Assembly: GCA_976226885.1 (NCBI GenBank)
Contig: OZ320314.1
Location: 126,356,001 to 126,420,000 of the forward strand
Direction: 5' to 3'
DNA: 64,000 nucleotides
Source of the DNA: Iphione sp. A-MEVVRFRX5
Taxonomy: Eukaryota
The translations under genes were made by a program, and so were the position numbers. Positions 50,141-63,235 of this stretch are shown one piece after another (the stretch's first letter is position 1; the number at the start of each line of letters is the position of its first letter). The notes under the pieces are model-generated. The model had not been told where the DNA came from, searched no databases, and was given only the letters and a program-made list of their open reading frames with translations.

Positions 50141-51440
50141 CACTTCTTAAAACCCTATTGAACTCTAGCCTGCTTTTGGTACTGAGGTCATTTGCCTTGC
50201 TTGTTATGGCTACCTAGCACTTCGACACCATTGCATCTGCTCCCCTGGCCTTAAGCTGTTCCTGATGTGTCTCTGCAAGCCACATACACAGAGTGGACAT
50301 TACAGACACTTAATGGTAGCCTCTCTCTGAAACCGATATTTCACCAGCACAGATGGGGTAGGCCACACTTGACTGTCCCATACTAGCATTTTGTCTGTAA
50401 CATCCCCCTCCCCTAGCTTATCTTGGCTTTTTCCCGGCCATCCCCTGCTGCCCCTGGCTGTCCCCAGCCGCTCTTGGCAGACTTCATCATACCAGACCTA
50501 GACAAGTGAGGCCACCATCCCCAGCTGATGTATATGTGGCAGTGTATCTGTGTGGCTTGTAGACATCAAGTACGGAGTATATATTAATTTGTATAATATT
50601 TGCATAAACCAATTAACTGTTTACAGTTTTGGCTGAGTTACTTGAAAAAATATATGCAATGTACATATTGATAGCTTAACAAATTAAAACCCCCCAAAAT
50701 TGAATAGTTGTGACTTAATTTCAAGAAATATATCCCCTTAAAACTATATAATTTACCCCGTCATGGCTTTTGATGAAATTTCCAAAATAATCGAACTGCC
50801 TCACTTTGGCACTATTGTAACATGTATTCTCTCACTTGCAACTTTGTTTTGACTCCAGCATTATTCAAAAAATTATATTATGACATTGACATCATGTTTT
50901 CATTTTGGAATTACATGGACATTTTCCAGTGATGAATACAAATTTCAGTTCTTATGTTTTTTTTTAGTTTTTTATCAGTAACCAGTACTGCAAGTGCTGC
51001 TTAAAAGAGGCTGCCCCTTTTAAAAAATACATGACTCATTCAACTCTGTTTATGCATAATTTTTTTCTGTCCGGTTATGTGATGGTAAATACTATTGACA
51101 CCTTGTATTGTATATAGCCATTGTTTATGCCAAATAGAATCAACATCTGGCATCACTCAGAGGGGCATACTCATGAACAAAGGATGCATGAATAGTAGCC
51201 AACAGTTGATAAACGTTCATTCTGGCTGCAAAGAAACACAGTAGAGTAGAATACCAGAATGCAGACAGCAACACAGCAACTGTAATTTCCAGCACGTTTT
51301 AAAAGTACTTACTTTGTGGGGCAATTTAATGTAAAAAAAATCTCAAGACAACATCATTTAACACAAAAATTGTCAGATTCTCTTCAATTCTAGCAAAAAA
51401 ACTGTCCTAAACAAGGATATATCCATTCATTATTGAGTCG

Positions 51441-51605
51441 ACGGGTTTAACTATGAAATTGAGGTATCAGTCCAAGGTTTCAATATGATATGCTGAGGAC
51501 TGGGACAAAAGTCCCAGCCCGAGGCATGAGTGTGGAAACCACTGACTGATACAGAAATGGAGTGGTTAAACTCAGTTCTGAAATGGTTTTGATTAAAACT
51601 CACCT
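51441..51605. repeat. Palindromic dispersed element with GCCCGAG core
   Basis: Arms gggtttaac...gtatcagtc...ggtttc and gaaacc...gactgatac...gttaaactc flank cccagcccgaggc; followed by gttctgaaatggttttg. Confidence 0.6.
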
Positions 51606-52349
51606 TTTACAGGGCTTAAATCCATCATATTCCATCATTTGGGAACTTATCTGACTGCTACAGAGCTGCATTTCCACTGCCATAGCTGCCTCCTCTAATT
51701 TTCAAAACAAACCACCATCTTAGTGTCATGTGCCCACTCAGGTCCAATCAGATTTAAGGAAATGCAATGAATATTGATTACTTCACCTCATCCAATGCAC
51801 TACCACTTTCTACTCTAATGAATATTAATGCCTTGATTAGTCCTAGGTTTCAATACATTTCTTAGAGATTGAAAAGATGAGAGTCACACTGAGCCATTTT
51901 AGAACAATCATTATGGTTATGCTGGTTCAGTAGCTTTCTTCTAAAGGCACTTATACTGGGCCAGTTTCAATATCACATGGTCCTATGTATGGGCTTTCCA
52001 AACTTAGACTTAGGCCCTAGAACCTCTTAAACAGATCCTGCCGAGCAGTGCTCATGATGGGTGATCTTCTCTCAGCTACCAACCTTAACAGAAGACTGGG
52101 CACTGAATGAGTGGAGAACATGGACATCTTCTTTGGTCCATAATTGATCTGAGTGAATACAAAGGTCACCACTTGGGGTTACTTGAAACAATTGTTTATG
52201 ATGGATGTGTTTCTATTGGCTGCACCCAGTACAGTATGTTTGGGTGATTGTACTTAAAAACATGCCAGTAGTGTCTGCAATGATAGATATTTCAGGTTGT
52301 GTGACTACGCAATTAAGGATGGCATGGAGGGAAAGGTAAGAGAGTTTAA

Positions 52350-54209
52350 CCCTATAAGGACCAGTATGAATGAATGAATGAATAGTTTATTCACGTTCTC
52401 TTTTACATGGATGGGTGGTCTTCCAGTGAACACTCACTGGAAATAACTGCAAGTAATAACAAGTAGCCAGCAATTGTTAAGTAAATAGATACAGCAATCA
52501 CTCCTATGTTCGTGTATTATTTACTTGTTGCTTCGCTCACCCTATGATCCTTATACAATCTTCGTTTTAGCTAATTCTTTCCTAAACTTTTTAATCGAAC
52601 CTTCAGCTCTCATCTCTGGCTTTAATGTATTCCATACCTTTACACCTTGGTACCAGAAACAATTTCTGACTTTCTTTGTGTTTGGTTTGTAAAGCTGCAA
52701 AGTTCTGCCAACACTTCTCCTAGTTAATCGTTTATTTTGTTCAGGTACCCATAGATTCAGTAGCACCATACGATGTACTAGGCAGATACATTGTAGTTTA
52801 CCCCTCTCCTCTAGACACTCGAGTCGCAGTTGCTTCCGAAGAGCTTTTGCTGTCTTCAGACTATTTCTTCTACATAACATAACTTTCCTCAGGGCTCTGT
52901 TGTACCCGACTTGGATAGTAGTTAACATTTTTTTACTGCAATGGACCACATGACAAAGTGCATAATCAAATACAGGTGCCACAAATGATTTAAACAATGT
53001 TGCTCTATCAGTGAATTTTAACAACTTTGATACTTAAGAGAGGGCGTATGCCCTCTGTGTTGCTTTTTGCTGTATCGACTTACATTGTGAATTCCAACTC
53101 AGGTCTTCATCTAGTGTGTAACCTAGGAAGTTACCTTCCTGTCTTCTGGGCAGTAAAAATGAAGTTTTGGGGGTAGTTGAGTGCAGTTTGACTTATCCTG
53201 TAAAGCTGCAAGGTTTAAAACAGGAGATACTTTCTAATATTATATATCATGTGAAAGCCCTTGAATTGCCCTTGAATCTTATTTCTAAAACAGTATGATT
53301 TCACATATTTGGTTGCCATGGCAACAAGACAGGATGAAAAGTGTGGTATGATTTTTAAAAATTACATATAATTTCCCCTAATTTTCATTAATTGAAGGCA
53401 AACACAAAAAAATATTGTTCATAGAAGAAAATGTTCAATTAGGGAAGTGTTCAACAGGTGATTTCCAGTATTCTGATACCTAATTTGTCTCTGTATGTGA
53501 TCTAGAACACTTTTTGTCTTAACTTGTAAGTATAAATGTTTTGAACAAAAATAGTGCATCACCATATGCATCAGCATCACTGATGCAAATTTGATGCATC
53601 ATGTGACACATAAAGCATTGACATAATCATAATTAGTTAAAGAATACTAGTCAAATAAGACTCCTAGCAAAACAAACTATAAATTTCCTTAGCATTTTCA
53701 TGGTAGAAATTAAAAAAAAAGATTCTTTATTACATAAAAGGTGTATGTTATGACTATAAAACATTGTATAATTATTACATATAATTTCATGCCTTAATAA
53801 AGAAGGTTATAGGGTATCATGAGTTATACTTCAAGTATTGTTCTCACCAATGATTTATCAGAGACATCTGATAAACTGTAGGGATAAACCCTCTAGTGTT
53901 TCAGAGGAATATTTTGATAATATAATGACAATTTATATGTTATTTCAGGTTTTAAGACATATTTGTTATAATTTTCTACAATCATATGTCAATATTCTCA
54001 ATTTTAAGATTCTTACAGGTCATGTGACTACTTTACCACGGTAACTCCATGGCGTTTGAACAAATTTCAACAGACACTGGATGGCTTGTGATTTGATCTT
54101 GCTTTGTACCAAAAATGAAATATATCCATGAAATATCAGTCACTTAACCCTAGGCTTGTTTATTATCGGTCAAAAATGACCGATTTTTCTATGGCTGGTC
54201 CTTATAGGG
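52350..54209. mobile_element. piggyBac-like non-autonomous element (15-bp TIRs, TTAA duplication)
   Basis: TTAA (52346-52349)-CCCTATAAGGACCAG ... CTGGTCCTTATAGGG-TTAA (54210-54213). The TIRs are perfect; no transposase seen. Confidence 0.85.
52365..53210 (-). mobile_element. L2/CR1-group LINE 3' fragment nested inside the piggyBac-like element
   Basis: FLGYTLDEDLSW remnant, ORF 52551-53024 (LFKSFVAPVFDY...YQGVKVWNTL), and AATAAA plus (TTCA)n tail at 52365-52392. Confidence 0.85.
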
Positions 54210-57037
54210 TTAAGCCACGAGGGCCCAGAGCTGGGAAGAAGTCCGAGCCCGAAGCCCGAGTGGCTTAAACTCTCTGCCTTTCCTGATATATAGTCCTTAA
54301 TTGCGGTTCTGATATGGTTTTGGTTGAACTAATCTTCTGCAGGCCTTAAATTCTTCATAATTCACCATTTTGCAGCATTTCGACCACTATAAGGCATGTT
54401 TACCTCTAGCACACAGTGCACAGGTTTGACATAAAAATACATCCCAACTTAAATGGTGGATGGGCATCGTTTAAACTTTTCAAGCTTAAATTCAGGAGAA
54501 AATTGACTGTTTAAAGGGAAATGCAGAGAGAAAAGATTCAAATAGAACAGAAACGTACTTATCTAACCTGTCCAGTGACCATTTTGATATATGTTTTGAT
54601 TTATACAAAACCTTTTTATCCATGGTGTCCTACCATGGCAAAACCGGAAGCCCAAAATTGGGACAGTAATGCTCATGCTCATGACCTTGATAAGTATTCC
54701 TTCAAAATGCCGCTAGAGGTAATTAAGCCTCATAGCAGTCGAAACCTTGTGATAATGATGAAATATGGAGAATTTAAACCCTTCAAAAGGTTAGTTTAAC
54801 TCAAAACCATATCAGAGCAGCAATTTGGAAAAGCATCGAGTGTCGGGTTAGGAAATCCAAGTGTCGACAGCCGAGGGCTTGGACACAAAATCAATAAAAC
54901 ATACACATCTCGTTTATCCAATGAGAATGCAATCATTTAGGTTGGGACAGATTTTTCCCTAGGGATTGGCTGCAGGTTTAAAGACGCTTTTGGGACATTG
55001 TAAGTATAGGAATTGTCACTCCTAACCATATTTGAACCTGAGATACAACAGGTATCAATCCTTTTCTATCTCACCATATACTTGTCCTAATTTGTTGAAG
55101 TTGGCAGCAACCAGAACTGTGTAATGTTTAAAAAGCACAGTCAGTCTACCTCTATTACTCAACTGCTGGTTTTCTCAACATAATTCATGTACATGTGCCA
55201 GCACCTAAGGGTTCTGATCCTGAATTGCTATAGCAGTATGAGAGGAACCTTGGACAAGCTAGTGTAGATAGAATACATGTTGACATGCAAGTTTTTATGA
55301 CCACAATTGCCACAATTTTCTAGAGATGTACTGTGATACTGTGGTATGATATTGATGTAGAATATCGCACTCCACTATGATTCAATGCACTAAGTCATTT
55401 TCTTGAGAGAAAGTGTCAATTCATAAATGTTAAATCTCTAATTGTGAAGGGTGTATAGCAGGACGTTTATCTTACTTCCAGTGCCCAGCAATGCTTGTGT
55501 TAGCCCCATTCTAAAGGAGCCACAAAGTATTGATAGGGAAATATTAGTCAATGATAGGCAAGAAAGGCACTTGTCTGGAGGATAAGTGAAACCATCAGTC
55601 AATCAACTGTGAGTATGTTGTTACAAGTGTTACACCAACCACAATTTCTGAATATATGTTTAAACCAAAAATGGTATGGTCAAATAGAATAACATCATGA
55701 AGATAGCCTTAGTGCCTTACACTGTGATATAGTCAATTCAATCTATATTATAAAGAGGTCATTTTCAGTATGATATTGTCTCTACATTGGAAAAATCTGC
55801 TAAGTTATTAAGGCTAGTCTATGTTTTTTTGTTCAGATTGAGTTAGTACTATTAAAATGAGTAAAACCTAACTTATATTGGGATAACTTCAATGTCAGCT
55901 TTCAGTATCAGACTGCAGGGAGAGCAATTCGATAGTTTTCTTAACAAAAGAGTTGAAGGACGTAGTGATGACTCATAAAGTCAAGAGTATTATTTAGCCA
56001 TATCTGAGATCCATTCGTGATCACTACTTTTGTTATCACGCTATCTCCATGTAGGAAACCCACTGGGATTTACCAGGTCTCTGTGTATTAGGCAGGTTAC
56101 TATGCTGATATTCCATATATAATACCAGACTTCCCTGTGGAGAAAGAATGAGGATATTGATGCATGCATGTGTGTATCTATATGAGTGTACATAGATATT
56201 TGGGAAAGAGTGGATTGTATGTATATTGCTGATTTTTGTGCATAAACATTTTGAAGGGATGGATTCTACAAATATTCTGCTGTTATTGTATGAATGTCTC
56301 TAAAATAGCAACTACTATGAACATTTTGTAACCTGTACATATTTACCCCCACAATACAGAATCCTGTGAAAATTAGGCCATTTCCGAGAAAAACAAAAAT
56401 GTTGATTTGTCATATATCTCCAGATATTGACCATGTGGAATTATTAAATATTTCATTCCCTTATTCCATGTACCAATTTCAAAATCATCATGAATGAACA
56501 ATCTGCATGCAAAGCAACCCACACATGAACATAATCCTGTGATGAAAGGCAAGTATTACAAGGCCCGTGAAACTGTGTGTATATGTATGAAAGATGTAAG
56601 GGCCTGACATTATTATACCAGAACTATACGTTTCAACTCACACCTGCTTCCACAAGTAGTAATGGTAGAATTCATTACACCTTCTTGTAGAGAAGAATTA
56701 TTCTTTCAAATGTGTGATTTAAATTATGTTTTTAATCAAATACGATGACATCTATTGGTTCATAATCAAATCCAAGGGTATCCATATAGATAATTAGAGC
56801 TCCTACAGTGAAATCACTATATGTACCATATTTATTAGTTCATATCACCAAGTTATCTATTTCTTATACTAGAGTTTAATTTAATGTTCTCTTTTACTGT
56901 CCCTTGTATACCTCCATTTCTTTTTATAAGCTTAGCTTTTAGTCACTGTTTTCTTTTCTTTAGTATACCTCTAATATTTATACTACTTATCAGGTCGAAA
57001 TGACGAATATCATATTACATGGAAAAATCATATACAT

Positions 57038-57849
57038 CCCAGTCCAAGCAAACATTATAATGTTGCCACAACATTGTGGCAACATTGTGTTTTGTTTATG
57101 GTAGCATTATTGTATAACATTGTAGCAACTTGAAAAAGTGAACTTTTCTAAACGTTTCTACAATGACGGAAAAAAACTTTCCTGACACCAGGACAAAACT
57201 AAAACGTGTCACATCCCAACCCAGGATTTGAACCCACTTTCTCCACCACCTAGCCCACTGAACTATTTTGACTTCTGATAAACTGTTGTTAAAAACTCCT
57301 TCTGTTTGGAGTCCAATGTAATGAAATTACACTCTAAGAGATATAATTAACCAGAGTACAATATTATAGGCCTGTTTCATCCTAATATTACTTAAATATT
57401 ATGATTTAAGACAATTAAAGTTATATGTTTCATTATTTTTCTCTTACTAAAGCAAACTACAATGTTGTTGACATTTTATTATGTGATGTTATCTAAAGTT
57501 TATGATTTATTACAATATTCTAGGTTGTTTCATCTTAATATGACTTGAATTAATATGATTTAAGCCAATAAATATGCATATGCTTTATAAAAACTTTTTT
57601 CTAACCTTACCAACCTTCAATGTTGTAGACACATACATTATTATTGAACGTTATCTGAAGGTTGTGATTTTACATTTATACAACATTGTGTAGAGGTCCT
57701 TTTCTAACATAATCAAACTACAACCTTGTAGACACATTATATGAAAATGTTACCTGATGGTCCTGATCTAACATTTATACAACAGTGTCAAGTTTTTTTT
57801 TCTCACCTAGCCCAACTACAACATTGAAGTTATGTTGTGTTTAGCTGGG
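57038..57849. mobile_element. MITE-like element with CCCAG...CTGGG ends and many decayed ACAACGTTG subrepeats
   Basis: Starts cccagtccaagcaaaca and ends tgtgtttagctggg. Repeated acaacattg/acaatgttg motifs and an internal tandem duplication of about 150 bp (about 57367-57680). Confidence 0.6.
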
Positions 57850-59693
57850 GTGGTCCTTTAGACATGAGCAAGTGCATAAAGTACATCTAAAAATTTATTT
57901 CATAATAGGTTTCTATTTTACCCAGATGCCTTCTAAATAAATAGGCAAAGAATTATATTCACAGTACAAAATGTGACAGTACCCATCATGGCAGTCATCA
58001 TTTGCCTGATCTTGCAGCAGCAAAATAATTGCTTATGGTCAAGCCTGAGCTATCCAGGAGGTTTGCCTTTACTATAACTATGGCTTATCTCAAAATTCAA
58101 TTGAAAATAGATCCTGCCCATCTAGACTCAGTGTCAAAGGTCATTGCAGGGCCACAGACAGGTCACCTCACTGGCACCAGCAAATAAAGGTGTGTTCCAA
58201 TACTTATTTTTTGGAGTATTGCTCTTAGCCAATTACATTTGAAAGTAGATCTAACATATCAGATTAGTGACATGCTTCGGACCATTTTGTATGCAAATGG
58301 AGGGGTTACATCCAAATATACACCATGTAGATCAGCCAGTAAGGAAGTTTTGGTTTAAAAGGACATTTCTACCCGAACATGGTGTGTTGGGCTATGATAA
58401 TTAACTATGTGTATGTTGAGTTATAGGAAAATTAATTTCAACACATATATGCATATATATTGTGATGAATATGAAAGAATATGGCCATTGTATTCCTAAA
58501 ATTAAACCTGAATGCACCCACATCAATGTGTCGGATGCAATCCATCAAGTAAAGCTAGAGTGGTGCAACAGGTGCCTTCTGGATCAATGGTCCAGCATAA
58601 GTTACGCGTTTTGTGCAAGAATTCAGAAGAATTCCAAAATTAGTTAAAATGCTGCACTATAGTTGTTAAGCATACAAAAAAGGAAACAATACATTGGTTG
58701 AATGCTGTTTATCATGAAATCTCTCTCCACCTCTAGGTCATAATTGTATGAAAGAAGCAGCAAACTTGACTATATGTACTTGTACTCTACTGAGCATGGG
58801 GAACATATGTTGATACCTGTGTGGCATGTTGCTAGAAAGTAATAACTCAGAAGATGCTGATCGTTACCAGAATAGACACTTACATGCTACAATAAAAATT
58901 ACTTGTACTGACCCCCATTTTATCTCAAATGAAAACTACAAGGTAAAATGGCACATCCTCAGTTCTAGGGTATTGTGTACATTTACAGCAGAACGCTTCT
59001 GCCTCAAGAAATCAAAAGTATCATCAAATTCTGTCAAAATCTCCATATTGTAGCAAAAGTAATAATACCACTGGATAGAAAAGTTATAAGATTCGGATCC
59101 AATGTGATTAGCTATACCAAGCACTGTCTCGTTGAGCGTTCTGTATTTCTTGTATATCAGGCCCGTTCTTATTTTTTAGAGGGGTATGAGGTAGCTATAC
59201 TTAACATTATATCTAAGACCTTTCCAAAACTGGTCAGTCAAAATCCTATGGGCGTTTAGCACTGAAATGCTCTACAGTTTCTTCCCGATATATTGGTCTG
59301 GTAATCTCCATCCTCCTCATCCTATTTTTCCTCCTGCTTGTGCTAATGAGTGTGATGGTCCACCGTCATTGGACCGCTCCCCTTTAAGAGGATTCTGACA
59401 TCAGATCTCCGTCCACTGTTTTGTATGACCACACATACAGGTATCCACCACTTTGGGCAGCTGGCAAGTAGCCCAGGCTGCTAGTGGGAAGGGGTCCAAT
59501 GGTGACAGATAGTACTACTAACGTCTCATGAAAAGTACCTTTGAGTTTGCTTTTAAGCTTTCTCGCATCACTTGTAATCATAAAGAAATATTTATCCACC
59601 AACTAGCAAGCAGTATGTTGTGCTGTGTCATCTTCCATTGCCTGAGACTATATACTTTAGGTGAGTTAGTTAAGAGGGAACGTAACAGCATGG

Positions 59694-59830
59694 ATGTTAG
59701 GTGGAGGGTTTCCAATGTTTGGCCTACCTCAAGAAGTTGTGTCTGACAACAGACCACAACTCGAGTCTGAGGAATTCGAGAGTTTCCTCAAGAAGAATAG
59801 AGTGAAGCAATCTATGACCCCATACAATCC
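59694..59830 (+). mobile_element. Gypsy integrase fragment, 5' part
   Basis: FGLPQEVVSDNRPQLESEEFESFLKKNRVKQSMTPYNP matches FGLP..IVSDNGPQF.S.EF..F...NG+KH...PYHP. Confidence 0.8.
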
Positions 59831-60020
59831 AATATTAACTCTTAACTTATCTATTCTTGACTTTTTAGATACTACTGTGACAATTACATACCTACATATA
59901 GCATTACCAGTTCATATACTCGTATTACTATAAATAGAGTCAGTTGGTCACAGAACTGCCCTAAAGAGTACATCAATGTTTTGATTTACCATGTTATTTA
60001 CCATTGACAAAAGCCTAACT

Positions 60021-62504
60021 GAGCCAAAATGTTGGGATTCTGATAAAGCCTTCTGAAACTTACCTGCTGTGTCCTGTTTGTGTCTAGGTAACTACTTTAA
60101 TTTACACCTACCACCCTTTGGGATCCAGTACACAAGCAGCTCAGCCTGCTTGTACCCATTTGGCTATCAACTCCATACCAACCCAGCTGCATGGGATCCC
60201 TCACTAGGATCTGGGTACAAAGGGCACTAGCCACAGGGCTTACTCACTGAATTACCAGATGGTAACCGATAATAACACACTGCGAATCCCTCACCAAAGA
60301 TCCAGGTCACCCTCACTTGTGCTGGCTAGGCACATTTCTGATGACCCAGGGCCATATTTCTGGATACTCAGAAACTTGCACTGCGAAAAACTAAAGCAGA
60401 ACACCACCCCAGCTCCTTGAGAGAGTGTTTAGATCACAATACCACACCAAAGGGCTTTCAAACAAAGGTACCGGCCCAGATACAGGAAACCAACTTAGAC
60501 TTCAACATAAAATAGGAAAGAGCACACCTCGTCTTTAGTTGTGCACTTCCACTAATTCTATATAACTACTACTCAGCAAGAGTTGCAACACTGGACACCA
60601 AAGTTAATGCCTACAAAGAGCACATAACGACAGGATGCTTCATAGGATATTTGACTTGATCAAATCAGTTAAAGACAGTCAAAAACAGGCACTGAGAGAA
60701 TAATGTGAAAGAAAAATTGCAGATATAAAAAATACTCCAAGAGTATATGCAACAGACAAAGAGATCAAGAACTTGACTTCTAGACAACTAACTGATACAG
60801 AGATATCCCCACTATCTAGGGGTTAAGATTCATCCCAACCCCCTCACTTCCCAACCATATCCATTGCATGATAGACACCTTATCATTTGTCCGCAGCCTC
60901 AGGCTGATACACTATTTCCAAGACAAAAAGAACCATCACTATACCTCAACTGTTTAACGGAAAGAGAAATGGGGTGCTTGCCACCACCAAATCTTAATCC
61001 TGAAATTGACACTACTTGCAACTATGTAATTTCAAACATGCTTAGAATTCACCGACACAAACTGCAGGATAATCTGAGCATAGATGAACAGACAGTGCTA
61101 AACAACTTTAAACAGGATAACCCCATTGTAATACAGCCCACTGACAAGGATTGAGCCATGGTACTTGTGGACATTAGCGACTATAGGACTGAGGGGCTTA
61201 GACAACTTTCAGACCAAAAGACCTATAGACCTCTGGACCACACCAGCTGTGGGGATATTGCCAAAAGGATTAGAGACATGCTACTAGTACTATCACTTCA
61301 AGGCTACCTGCCAACCAAATCACTACCCCACCTGGTGCCCCCCCAAAAAACCCACCTCCTACCTTAGATACATAAGGATAATCCAGGACGCCAAATAGGA
61401 TCAGGGATCAACAGCCCAACCGACATCATCAGTGGTCTCCTAGACAAGATAATGAAACCATACTTACCCAAAATGCCAAGCTATATCAGAGACAATAGCA
61501 ACTTCTTGGTAAAACTGAAAACCTGTGACAATTTGAGGGAACAAGATTGGTTGTACACTTTCAATGTATCATCTCTGTATACTTCCATCCCACATGAAAA
61601 AGGAGTTACGGCAGCTGAGAAACTCTTATCAACCTCATATCAACCACAAAATGGCAGCTAACAAATCTGGTACTTAAATATAATCTCCTAAATTTCAACG
61701 GAAGGTACTACCTACAGATACATGGTACAGCCATGGGTACAAAGATGGCCCCAAGCTGCACCAACATCTTCATGGCCTGCTGAGAACAGAGACTCCAGGA
61801 CGACCTACCTATAAATCCACTAGCCTGATACAGATTTATCAAAGACATCTTCTCCACATCGAGAGGATCCGAAGAGGAAATCTTGAGATATCTAAATAGC
61901 CTGAATAATAAATACCCAACTATCAAATTCACATTTGAATTGAGTCGCCATAGTGTCAACTTCCTAGACACTACCATCCATAAACACAAAAACAACACTG
62001 TAAGCACAATGGTGTACCACAAACCAATGGATGCTCACCTATACCTGGACTATGGGTCACATCACTCGGCCAATCAGAAAGATTCAATTGCATATTCCCA
62101 AGCAATACAGCCGAGAACAATCTGCGCTTAACTAGAAGACTATGACACCTATAGCAAGAACCTCCTGAAACACCTGCCCCTTTGAGACCATTGCCACACA
62201 AAGGTCAAACAATCAATAGCCGAAGTCTGAAATATGGACAGGGACAAGCTGCTAGAAAAAAAGAAAGGCAAAAGACTCCCGGGTGATCCCGTTTGTGATT
62301 GAATATCACAAAATACACTGAAAAGGTCCAAGTTATTTATCATGGAAGAAAACAACCTGGTAGTATCCACTTACAAACCTCTGGTGGCATTTAAATGCAC
62401 CCTGAACCTCCATGACAAACAGAGCCAAAACACTGGGATTTCAATAAAGCCTTCTGAAACTTACCTGCTGTGTCCTATTGGTGTGTCCACATAACTACTT
62501 TAAT
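60021..62504 (+). mobile_element. Penelope-like retroelement (decayed RT) bounded by about 80-bp direct repeats
   Basis: PLE RT motifs [72 protein letters not shown]. Direct repeats at 60021-60101 and 62422-62504. No GIY-YIG endonuclease recognised. Confidence 0.9.
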
Positions 62505-62519
62505 CCAGTAAAATGTTGT

Positions 62520-62780
62520 AGCAGAACGCAGCATTCAACCAGTAACTACGTATATCACAAGTCATCTGGAAGTGTCAGTGCAGCAACAGATGGAAAGCTT
62601 TTTGTTCTTGTATTGTAACACCCCACACAGTACTACTGGAGGGACACCAGTCGGGCTCATGCCAAAACTTCAAGTGCATACAGGTTTAGTATGTTGCTGC
62701 CTGACTTGTGAAAGACTGTCAAGTCAAAGGTTCACAATAAGGTGGAGGAATCTTACACCAACAGAAAGAGTTTGTTAGGT
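62520..62780 (+). mobile_element. Gypsy integrase fragment, 3' continuation
   Basis: FLFLYCNTPHSTTGGTP matches FL..YRNTPHSTTG.+P, the region that follows the 59694-59830 fragment in an integrase. Confidence 0.75.
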
Positions 62781-63235
62781 TAAGTGAGGTTCACTGTGAC
62801 AGTGGGTCCTCACATATGCGAACTTTATATGGATCATGTTTGAAACTATTGAAGAGACCATTGACTCTTCCAAGGATGATGGCGTACCATCAGTGGATGT
62901 ATCAATATACCACATAGCAATAACTCATATCAGTGTTAGCATAGGTGAACCAGTTTAAAGGTAAGTGCCTTCTTTGTCACTATCAGTACTTTGCATGTCA
63001 TCAGCAAAGGAGGTGGACCAGAGTAATGAGAGTGATGTGAAGTTTTAGATCCTTGACCTCACTAGTGGCCTGAGAAGGGGGTCAGCAATTGCATTCAAAT
63101 AATGGGATGGTGCACTGGCTTGTGACAGGGACACTGCACCTTTCAGATATGGCACACCGCTTTATGAGTGCTTCTTTCATCACACACCACACCGCTATCT
63201 TTATGGAAATATCCACTGTAGGTTGTTTCACTGTG

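Noticed and set aside
57215-57266. Intact tRNA gene
   Set aside because: A- and B-box-like motifs are too close together and no cloverleaf stems are evident.
59278-59390. Possible terminal exon encoding a transmembrane helix (YIGLVISILLILFFLLLVLMSVMV)
   Set aside because: It is a single short pyrimidine-rich stretch, and I found no partner exons; hydrophobic translation is expected from CT-rich sequence.
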